The translations under genes were made by a program, and so were the position numbers. Under the pieces are notes generated by a model, which had not been told where the DNA came from, did not search any database, and saw only the letters and a list, made by a program, of their open reading frames with translations. Below are positions 52,787 to 64,000 of a DNA stretch of 64,000 bases, in pieces. Location: NCBI RefSeq assembly GCF_009914755.1, contig NC_060928.1, one strand, 5' to 3'. The stretch is from the human T2T-CHM13v2.0 reference genome, Homo sapiens. The stretch's first letter is position 1, and every line of letters starts with the position of its first letter.

Positions 52787-53489
52787 GGTGTGGCTGGAGC
52801 AAAAGGTGTTTAGGTACATGCTGGGAAGCGGAGAAGATGAGGCCAGTTATATTGTGATTTTTATTATGTCAAACTGTAATAAATCTTCATTATGTTATCG
52901 ATAACTTGATTTTTAAACCCCTCAAAGCAATGTGGAATCAAATCTGCAAATAAGGCAGATAGTCATTTTATTTTCACTTTAAAATGATGCCATGAAACCA
53001 ATTTCTTCTGAGGCCAATAGGCTGATTCTACAGTCACTTCTCAAGCAGGGCTGTTCAGGGGGTTTGAGAAATGGAAAGAAGCATTGCAGAAAAAAGAATG
53101 GAGTCTCCTTGCGTGCAAGCTTTGAACAGACATGCTCCTTTGGATTTTTGAATTTTATCAGGTGGTTTAAAAGATTCATTATTTTATAGTTATACTTGGT
53201 ATTGAAAATTCTCAGAACCTGATAGAATTTTAGTATTCCCACATAAAATTTTTAAAGTACAAACTTCTTTTTTTATTACTTAGAGGAAAAAAAATGCCTC
53301 CTAAGAGGCTTCAACTGGCTATGCTAGAATGGCTGAGAATTTTGAAAAAGATAATTAATGTACCTCATTTTGAATAAACTGATTTATTATTGGTTATAAA
53401 CATGGACCTCACAGGCAAAATACCTGGCTTCAAATCTGGAGTTTCCTATTGTAAAGTGGAATATTAATTTAAGCAAGTTATTTAAGATC

Positions 53490-54095
<606 letters not shown>

Positions 54096-54101
54096 GATGT
54101 C

Positions 54102-54285
<184 letters not shown>

Positions 54286-56536
54286 CAAAATGAAAGTCAT
54301 AGCATATAGTAATAATTCAATAATTCTTACTACCCAAAGGATTATACTAATGTGTAATTAATAATGTTATATATATAAATATATATATTCCTCCAAGCAC
54401 ACGTTAATCCTTCGTGGCCCAGATCAAATACCACATCTACTAACACCCTTCTCTGATTCTGCCACTCAGATTCTTTTTCTTCATCACTTAATCAGTTATA
54501 TTTGATGAAACACAAACTAATCTGACAAGTAAACGAAAAAGGATCGTATTGGAAAGATACAAAACTATAGAATTCAGAGTAGAGTTAGCTCCTGTAGGTT
54601 CTATAGGAATCTATAGAAACATGGGAACCTAAATAAGTTTCATGGGGGTAAACACCACCGAGCTTATGTTTTTAGCTTCTTGAGCTACCATAGCAGGAAG
54701 TAAGTCCTTGATTCCTACCAGGATCCACAATGGGATTGCTCTTAAATAGGCAAGTGCTTTGCTGCTAGACAGATAAAGCATGATCGCTGTCTACTATAGG
54801 GTCACATGCAGGTAAGTGGTTGACTTTGGTCAAATGACACTATGATAGCTCAGTGTTATCCAATTGCAGAAATGCCTATTTGTTCACTGAAATTCTGCTG
54901 AGTAACTGTAATAAGAATGAGAAGGCAATTGTTTCAGAGAAAATTGTGTGAATAAATTTAGAAGAAGTAACACACGGTTTTAATTCATAGAATGACAGGT
55001 GGAATGATACAGTTTAGACGTAGGATATGGAAAGGCACTTACTAGCAGCTTACAAAGCAAAACAACTCGTCAACATAATATGCAAATTGAATATATTTGA
55101 ATAGTAGCATGACAAGGTTACAACCATACCTTAAGAGACTTTTTCTGGTCTGTTAATTGTATAAAGAAGCAGAAACAATTTCCTGAATATAGGTAATAGA
55201 CCTAACTATGGGATCTGAAGTGGGGATAAATAGAAAGGGAATAGGTGGGAAAATTAGGAAGACATAGTGGGGAAAAATTGCAATTGGAGATTATATTTAA
55301 GAAGCAAGGATGGAAGCTTTCAAGATCTCCTATGATTTCAAGCTTGGGTGAATTGGTGCTGCCAGAAAAGCAATGGAGAAACAAAAGGCATGATAGGCAG
55401 AGGAAGAAGAAAAGAAGATGCATGTCATGTATGTTGAGTTTGACATCCCAATAGAATATCTCTGAGAAAATATTCAGAATTTGAATTACATAACTGGTGC
55501 TTACCAAAGAACAGGGCTGATGGTATAGAAAACCTTTTGCCTTTCTTATAATTTTCTACAGTTTCCTCTACTCTTGTATTCTCATCAATCACTCAGTTAT
55601 TTTGCACATGTCTAGTTCTATGTAATTTCTACATTTGTCTGTATAATGTTATCTTTGTAAGGTGACTTATCTCTGTACACCATAGGCACTATTTTCCCTA
55701 CTTTACAAGAGGAAATTGAGTGTCAGAAAGAGCCTACTTACTTTTCTTCTTACTAACGAATGAAAAGGCAATGTTAATCATCATTTTTCCCCCTAATCGG
55801 TGAGCTATGAAAAAAATTTGGGGTCCATGCAAAATCATCATTATTATGTTTAAACTGTAACTCTACAAATTTATGATCTCCTAAAGCTTTCCAAGATGTA
55901 GTATCTCATCTGTTGGCAGATTTTTCAAATGAATTCCTACTCAATGAAAAACAGTTCATTTACATTTTAAAAACCTTGTCAGTATTAACCAGATTATTCC
56001 TTCTAATTATTCTTTAGGTCTGATCTTAGGAAACTATTTGAAGCCATCTGTTATTTAAATTCAAGTTTATTGCACGTAAAAGAACAGAACTTGATTTATG
56101 TTATGTCTGATTTGTTCTGATATGTATAGAATAATAACTTGGCAGGATCTCATAAACAGCAGTTATGGTATAGTACAAGGCTGTGGTATAACTGCCACTG
56201 AGATTCATTATCACACACATCTTCTAAGGGCATCTAAAGGGCATAAACATTTCAGAATTCTGTCTGTAATCACTATATGCCCTGCTGATATGCAACCAGA
56301 AAAACATTCTACTCTGAAAAAAAAAAAGGTATATTTCTAGTTTTCAGAACACAAACTTCTCAGATACACAAACAAGGCTGCAGTTTAGTGTGAGACTCAA
56401 TGGCCAAGTATATTTGTGGGAACTAAAGCTTCAGTGGAAAGAAGCATTAGGTGGATTTTTCAGATTTGTCTCAACATGGCCAGCTCCGTATATTACACAG
56501 TCTATATTCTATGTGCATAGGGCAGATAAAAGGCTC

Positions 56537-56956
56537 TGTAATTTGTTAAATAGTATCCCAAAATATTAACATCGGTGGGAACCTCAGAATGTGACCTTAT
56601 TGGAAAATATAGGGTATTTGTGGACAAAATTAGTTTTGTGGATGGATGGATGAAAGTGGGCCCTAATTTCAATAAATGGTGTTCCATAAGACCATGTGAA
56701 AACACACAGCGGAAGGAAAGCTATATGACAATAGAGTCAGATTTTGGAGTAAGTGACAAGCCAAGGAACACTGAGGATTGCCAACAACTACTAGAAGCTA
56801 GGAAGAGGGAGGGAAGGATTTTTCCCTAGAGCTTTCAGAGGGAATATAGCCCTGCAGACACCTTTCTTTAAGACTTCTGGGCTTCAGAACTATGACAGAG
56901 TATATTTATTTTGTTTTACGCCACCCAATTTTTTACAGCAGCCTAGGAAACTAACA
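56537..56956 (+). mobile_element. MLT1 (B/C-like) solo LTR
   Basis: gaacctcagaatgtgaccttattggaaa...caagccaaggaac...ctagaagctaggaag...ttacagcagcctaggaaactaaca. Confidence 0.85.
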
Positions 56957-59269
56957 CTGGTTCTAAATGACAAATTGACAACTCTAATTCTGTTTGCTTC
57001 CCTTACATAAGCAGAGAACCACTTAAGGTGATACCATCTCCACACTCCTCCCATATCCTTGGCAAGTAATTGTGCAAACATGTGGATAAAACACATGCAT
57101 TTTGATATCTTTATGCAAAAGTGTCTTCAAATAAAAAATAATTTAAGAGAAATGCTAATCAAGTTTAATATTACATTTTAAATCATTTCCTTTCATTAAC
57201 AATTCTTATTACCTTCCTAAATGTGCAAATTATTGGCACCCAAGGGACCCAAGGGAGTAAGAAGAGTATGACATGATGACAATATCTCCTTCTTGAAACA
57301 CTTAAATTAAATCATAATAACCTGCACCTTTTGCTTCTTTCTTACCATTTCTGAGATACATGAATCAGTTCTTGGCCTCAAGTCTTTGGCAAAGTTTTGG
57401 TGGGCTTGTTTACAAACTACAAATGCTTTGTGGTTTCTGCTATCACCACAGTTTTGATGGCCCCAAATCCTCAATCTTCTTTATCATTAATCTGATTTGG
57501 AGCCTGATATCTTCAACTGCTTTCCGTAGTTGACTGACTTGTTACTTCAAACTGAACATTGTGCAGAATGCGAGATCTGCAATCAACAAGGTGCTATTTG
57601 GTAATATTAATCACATTCTTTTCTTTGTGCTTGTGTCCCCTCTTATAAGGACTATTTTTCTTTTCTGCCCCATACCAATAAGAAACAAGGATGCAACAAC
57701 AACAATGACAACAGACCTAAGTGGAATCTTGGAAGCATGCTTGCAAAGCTCATGCTTCCCCCTGCATAAGCTAGCTAAGACAAGGCACGGGGTAGGAAGA
57801 AAAGAGACAAGATTGTGACTCAAAAGTGTAGATGGAGGATTCACCAGGACAGACCCAGGAAGGTGGGATCCTCAAAATGCTAGAAAAAGAACATCCATCT
57901 CAAGGGTAAGGAGAGGATGAAAGAGAGACAAAAGAATAGATTCATCCCCTAGGGGTAAAATAATTGAACGTCTTGCATACATATATAATATATACAGCAT
58001 AGGAAAAAAAGTTACTTGTGACTATTCAAAGCTATTTTTATATCATTTCCTTTAATCTTCAAAAAACTCATTAATAAACATTGTCACTATTGCTCACTAG
58101 AGGAAATTGAAAGCTTAAACATCATGCCCAAGGACACACAGCTACTCACTGCTGGAGTTAGAACACACTTCCTCTGACAATAAATCCACTGTCCTCTTTC
58201 CAATTTACTTTAGTTTATAAGCCATGATTTATTTGCTTTTTTCTGTGCTCTGAGAACTTGATAAGTAAAATTACAAATGCCTTACCCAATCATTCAAGGA
58301 AAAAATGTATTCACCCCTTATTCTCTACTAATTTCATATATGAAACACCTAATCGTGTTGCTAGGCTCACAGCTTGCTATATCCCCTACAGGAAAGAAAA
58401 AAATCCTGCCACTTACGTATATGCACTTTTTTTTTCCTCTCTGTGAAATGTCCTTTTCCTGATACAAGTCCTCCCTAAATGTCAATACTCAAAACACATC
58501 ATTCTCTGTCCATTTTCTTAGCTAAGGGGCAGTAGTCTAGGTGAAGGTGATTTAAGCCTAGAGCTAAGGAGCCCTAGGTAGTATCATGTGTTTTGAATAA
58601 AAAACTGTTCATTTTTTTTTCTGAGCCTTGAGTTCTCCTTCCAAGGACTACTTCCTGCTCTCCACTTCCATAAGAAAATGCTTCAGCCTGTTTGGAACCA
58701 GCAACATAAGAATAGAGAAAGAAAGGGTTTATGAAAGATGGACCCAATTATAGCAGTCTGCATTTTCTTATAATACTGGTGACAGCAGCAAACTTGTGAA
58801 GCTGCTTTTAAGTCTATGATAAATAGGCTTAAATAGAAAAAGTTCTGCAGGTCCAAAGTCAATAAAAATGTACATAATGTACTTGGAGTTAGATAGTAAA
58901 TGAGGTCACAAATGCACTGAAAGTGGAACTATTGGAAAGCCACAGGTATATTTAGGTAGATACTACTTAAAAAAGGAAAGAGAGAAAAAAAATAAGAAAA
59001 AGTGAGGAGAGATGCCAGAGGAAATTCGGAAAGAAAGAAATCTATGTACTATGTCAACCTCTACCTTTGACAGGGAAAGCATCTCTTTAGGGAGTTATAC
59101 ATCCCCATCTTGCAAGTTTATTATCTCTCCTCAGTCAGTAAAATAGCTTCTATCATGTTGAGCCTGTTCTTTATTCTCCTTGAAACAATTCGACCCATAG
59201 AATAAAAATGCTGCTTGTCTATGAAAGTCTTTACCAGGATCCATGAGCCCAGGGCATTTCCCTAGAAGC

Positions 59270-59435
59270 AGTCTTTCTCAAATTTATTGTCCATGAGAAT
59301 TACCTAGGAATCACAAAATGTACACTTTCTAACTTCACCCCCAGAAAGTCTCAGGGGGAGCTTCAAACATTCACATTTTTAAAGGTCCCCTGTAGATTCC
59401 GACGCAGGCTCTTTTTTGCCACACCTGAAACTTAT
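59270..59435. mobile_element. MER5-type fragment
   Basis: cagtctttctcaaattt...atgagaattacctagg...cacatttttaaaggtcccctgtagattcc. Confidence 0.5.
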
Positions 59436-59449
59436 AGGCAGGAAGAAAC

Positions 59450-59660
59450 AAATGCTCAGAGCCCTTCCTATGTGCCAGTTATAGTTCCAAGGGCTTTCTC
59501 TGTTCTCCTGTTTTTATTAATAACTCATTAAATTATCACAACCACACTCCGAGGTAGATGCTATGAGACCCATTTTACCAATACTGGTAAAAGTCACAGT
59601 TAGTAAATAAACATAATTCAAGTCTCTGGTCTGTCTCATTGCTGTGCCTTTTCACTCCAT
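59450..59660 (-). mobile_element. MIR
   Basis: cctatgtgccag...taactcattaaattatcacaaccac...gaggtagatgctatgagacccattttac. Confidence 0.65.
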
Positions 59661-60597
59661 CACATAGGAGTATGACTGTCTAGGAAAATAGGTTAACAGA
59701 GGAGACAAAGAACTCAGGAAGCATACAGTTATGTGCACAAGACATGTGCTGACAAAGGACTATAAGTACAGTCAATAAGAATTAGTGGTGGATTTTCCAA
59801 TAACCACAGACCCTGATAAGTCTATAGGACCAACCTACAAAAGGAAGTTGGGTGTTGGGTGAAGGACTTTATTGGAATCCATCTAATGTGGACTGTGAGA
59901 GAAACGTTAAGTTGCCAAGGAGAATAAAAGCTTCATGTGGCTTGTTCACTATGGGAAAGGAAAGGTCAAGAGAAAAGTGGGACTTCAGAGGATGAGGAGT
60001 GAAATAAGCCCTGGAGCCATCTGTGGATGTAGCATAAGATCCATAAGCACATTATTTCATAGGATTTGCAATAGCCAAAGGTCTTGGAAACCAAATTGCA
60101 AAGATCAGGAGAGAGTTTTAAGAAACAGTGGGGCAGATAAATTATATTTGTTGAATCTAAAAGGAGCAGCCACCAATCCAAAGAAAAAAATGGAATTTAT
60201 TGTATTCTGCTAATTCTGAGACAGATAGGTATGATGCAAGAAAAAGAAAAGATGGAATGAACCAATCCCAGCTGACCTGGCATATTCCCAGGTACTTTCA
60301 AGTACGTTATCTTATTAAAGCATCACAAAATCCCCGATATGTAGGCAGAATAGGCATCAGTATTCCAAATTTCCAGAAAAGGAAATTAAAGTAACAATAT
60401 TGATTACTGTTGTTATTTTTAAAGGTAATTCTTAAAGTCATGTTGTTAGTAAATGTAGGATCTGGGACTGCCCACAGGCATTCTGACTCCTATGTTAGTG
60501 CTCTCTTCAAATATTGACATACACAGAGGCATAGATACTACAGAACTCAAGTCTGACAGAAAGTTCTGGTGTCCACTGCACCTATGTATTGTGTAGG

Positions 60598-61115
60598 TGT
60601 GATGGTTTTAAAGATACATCCATACTGTTTTCGATATTCTTCTCTTCCAGTGGTGGAGTTTACTTCCCCTTGCCTTGAGTGTGCATTGGACTTAGTGACT
60701 TGCTTCTGGACAACAGAATAATGCAGAAGTGATGGAATGTCACTTCTGAGTTTAGGTTATAAAAAGACTGTGGCTTCTGTCTTGGGAGGGCTCTCTCATA
60801 CTCTCTCCTTCTTGGATCTTGCTCTGAAGGAAACCAGCTGCCATGCATGAGGATACTCCAGCAGCTTATGGAGAAGTCCATGTGGTGAGGAACTGGGGTC
60901 GGTCCACAACCACCTGAGTGAACCTGAAAGTGGATCTTCCCCTCACTCAAGCATTGAGTTGACTGCTGGCCCAACCAACAGTTTGTCTGCAACTTCATGG
61001 GAGATCCTGACTCAGAAGCACTCAATTAACTCATGAAAACGGTGAGATAAATTTTTGTTGTTTTAAGCCACTAAGTTTGAGGTGATTTGTTACATAGTAA
61101 TGGATAACTAATATA
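60598..61115 (+). mobile_element. MLT1F-like solo LTR
   Basis: tgtgatggttttaa...ggacttagtgacttgcttct...ttttaagccactaagtttgaggtgatttgttacatagtaatggataactaata; TSD gtagg/gcagg. Confidence 0.88.
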
Positions 61116-61707
61116 GCAGGGAATCAAATGATTTTCACATCACAGGCAATTCTGATTTGTTAATCAAACCACATATTTAAACAGAAAAACTTTGTCCTAC
61201 TCCAATGGAAACACTTTTTAATAAAAAAAAATTAGAGCTGTAGAAATAAGGAAGCTTTGACTATCAGGGAAAGCAAATGGAGGCTGATGGCCAGGGTATG
61301 CTCCCTGTCAAAAGCTGGCCTCCTCACCAAATCACCTCAACATTGCTGAACTTGTTCCCATTTTCTTTATTATATTAGCAGAGAATGCACAAATTAGAGA
61401 TTTAATTGAGCTAACAACCATCTCCTTAAAAATATGAAATTTCTCTGAGGGTGTTTAAATGACTAGTTATCCACTCATTAGTTAGAATTAAAGCCCATTA
61501 CGCTCCTAATAACTCATTGCTAAAATGGCCTGTGTTGAGAAATGGAGGATTTGATGAAGGCAGGTGGCATGGTATGATTTCATTTTGGAGCACTGTGGGG
61601 GCCTGGGTAGAGGTCCACAGTGGGCTGACACTTTGGAAAGGAATGATGAAGTGGAGAGAGGCATCCTGGGTGGAGTGGCACAATGCCAAAGCCCAACTCG
61701 GGCAGTG

Positions 61708-62350
61708 TAATATATATATTTAAGATATTTAAGATATCTTAAATATATATAAATATATATATTTTACACTGCCTGAGTGTGTATATATATAATATATAAT
61801 ATATAGAAATCTGTAATATATATTATATATATAGAATTATATATATAATATATATTATATATATAATTCTATATATATAATATATATTATATATATAATT
61901 CTATATATATAATATATATTATATATATATAATTCTATATATATATAATTCTATATATATATATATATCTATATATATATAATTCTATATATATATATAA
62001 TTCTATATATATATAATTATATATATATAATTCTATATATATAATATATATTATATATATATTCTATATATATAATATATATTATATATATAATTCTATA
62101 TATATAATATATTATATATATAATATATATTATATATATAATTCTATATATATAATATATATTATATATATAATTCTATATATATAATATATATTATATA
62201 TATAATTCTATATATATAATATATATTATATATATAATTCTATATATATAATATATATTATATATATAATTCTATATATATAATATATATTATATATATA
62301 ATTCTATATATATAATATATAATATATATTCACATTTGTATATATGTATA
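61708..62350. repeat. AT-rich palindromic minisatellite, 32-bp unit CTATATATATAATATATATTATATATATAATT
   Basis: C of AATTC recurs at 62144, 62176, 62208, 62240, 62272, 62304 (period 32) and at 61869/61901, 62064/62096. Confidence 0.95.
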
Positions 62351-62697
62351 TATTCTATAGTGCCTATATTCTATTTATAGTGCCTATAATAGCCTTGTAG
62401 CCAAGAATAAAGAGCCTTTTTTCTACTTTAAAATTAACCTGGTACTCTTCATATCATGAGTTCTAATGGGCCACCCTCTAAACCTAACCAAGATTCGTAA
62501 CAGAATTTGATGTGGAAATGAATTTCAAACTCACACTAACAAATAGGATTTGGAAGACAGCTTATTTGTAAGCTGGGCTAAAGTCTAAAGCACAGTGCCT
62601 TAATGTGGAAAACTTAGACTCACAAACAACTTTTTTATGGTGTTATCTTTTAAATTTTAAGGATCTTTATGCTTCACTCAAATTACATTCTTTAGTA

Positions 62698-62850
62698 CAT
62701 TGCTTCTCAAACTTTATTGTGTATACAAATCACCTGGGGAATCTTGTTAAAACATGGATTCTGATGGGACTGAGGATTATGCCTTTCTAAAAAGCTCCCA
62801 GGTGATGCTGATGCTGCCGAAACTCAGACCACACGTACAACAGCAAAACT
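62698..62850. mobile_element. MER5-type hAT-Charlie element
   Basis: ttgcttctcaaactttattgtgtatacaaatcacctggggaatcttgttaaaa...aagctcccaggtgatgctgatgctgc. Confidence 0.8.
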
Positions 62851-63044
62851 ATAACATACAATTTAAGAGAGCAACTGTAGATTTTCCAAGATAAAAAAGA
62901 TGACTCAATACTGCACCTCATGGTTTTAGGTTTTTGCTACGATCAAACCACCAAATCAACATGATATTTAATAGTGAAATTCATACTTCTAGACTTAAAC
63001 CTAACATCATTTTAATTATTTTTAAATTTAAATTCTGGAACACC

Positions 63045-63143
63045 AATATAATGGTTAAGAATATAGGTTTGAAGTTAGAAACACATGGATTAAATGTTTA
63101 GTTCTGCAACCTTCTAGCTGTGTGACCTGCGCAAGTGAACTAG
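63045..63143 (+). mobile_element. MIR 5' part
   Basis: ataatggttaagaatataggttt...cttctagctgtgtgacctgcgcaagt. Confidence 0.7.
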
Positions 63144-63144
63144 A

Positions 63145-63630
63145 CTGAGCCCAATAAAGAGAAAACCACTTCAGATATTTCAAATGGAAGAGATTTAATA
63201 TAGGGAACTTACTGCCTTGGTAATGTTAATGCTTAGGAGCCAAACAATGAACAATGAGGCTACCAGGAGAGAATCATAATAGCTAGATAGGGGAAGCCAT
63301 TATCTTCCCTGTGGCTAGAGGAACCAAAGGAGCAGGCAATGCTGCAGTAGCCTGGTGGAAGCTGGCACCCCAGAGGCTGTCCACAGGGAGCTAGACCCTC
63401 ATAGGATATGCCACTACTACTAGAGACACTGGTGAGGTGAGAGCTGGGAATTACTCTGTCTGCTCTCTTCCTCCCACCCTTCAATCTCCCTCCAGTGTAT
63501 TCCATGAGTTGAACTCAGCCATACGGCTGTCAGCAGGGAAGTCTGAGAAATGTAGCTCCTTGTGATGTGAAGCAGAGCTAGGGAGGAACAGGAAATCAAT
63601 CTGAGAGCAAACTGGCAAAGGATCAACACA
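63145..63630. mobile_element. Ancient LTR-like element (LTR78/79 or MamGyp-like) nested in the MIR
   Basis: gagaaaaccacttcagatatttcaaatggaagagatttaatataggg...ctgagaaatgtagc...ctgagagcaaactggcaaaggatcaacaca. Confidence 0.4.
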
Positions 63631-64000
63631 GTGAGTTACTGATGTGCTCTCATACTATATCCAACGCTCTAACAGGCATCTGCAGAATATGGGTGTTGTG
63701 TATTTAAGTAAGATGTTACATATAAAGCATGGAGTATAGTGCTTGGCACATTATTTTTATCAGCAGCAGCATCTTTTTGTAATGTGACAGCATTTTCCCC
63801 CTTCATTCCTTCCTCTCTTCTCACCCATTTTCCTGCTGAATAAGAGTAGGGATCATGTGGAGTCTCAGGGAGATAAGAAATAATAAAATAATACATCCAA
63901 GCTATGCCATGAGAAATTAAGAAAAAAAATCTGCTTGTTCCATCTACATGATAGAATCAGAAAAGCTTAAAGGCTTCCACTGGGCACACAGCAATAACAA

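Noticed and set aside
61780-62350. CRISPR-like regular 32-bp periodicity
   Set aside because: Tandem units with no unique spacers in a mammalian genome; it is a minisatellite.

Overview
Primate (almost certainly human) genomic DNA, AT-rich and dominated by interspersed repeats (Alu, L1, L2, MIR, ERVL-MaLR LTRs, hAT/Tigger DNA transposons, a CR1/L3 remnant). The only convincing coding sequence is a 100-nt minus-strand exon (19480-19381) that is too short for the ORF track. It encodes MNLEGLEMIAVLIVIVLFVKLLEQFGLIEAGLE, the N-terminal KIS (K-channel inactivation suppressor) segment of KChIP4a. The window therefore lies in the very large neuronal gene KCNIP4 (4p15, minus strand): an alternative first exon with a small CpG-rich promoter, surrounded by intron. 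The most interesting signals cluster at that exon: (i) a 21-aa uORF in frame with the KIS ORF and separated from it by one TAG, plus two minimal uORFs; (ii) a textbook 3' splice site (UC tract, branch point, CAG-CAG-TAG) in front of this supposedly first exon; (iii) an intronic AATAAA that could yield a KIS-only 42-aa micropeptide; (iv) a possible divergent plus-strand transcript. Elsewhere: a PATRR-like palindromic AT-rich array (61.7-62.35 kb), an unexplained ~80-bp direct duplication carrying PBX/MEIS-like motifs (11.7/12.7 kb), a ~700-bp purine tract and a young truncated AluY with a perfect 17-bp TSD. Repeat boundaries and subfamily calls were made by eye and are approximate; no database searches were run.
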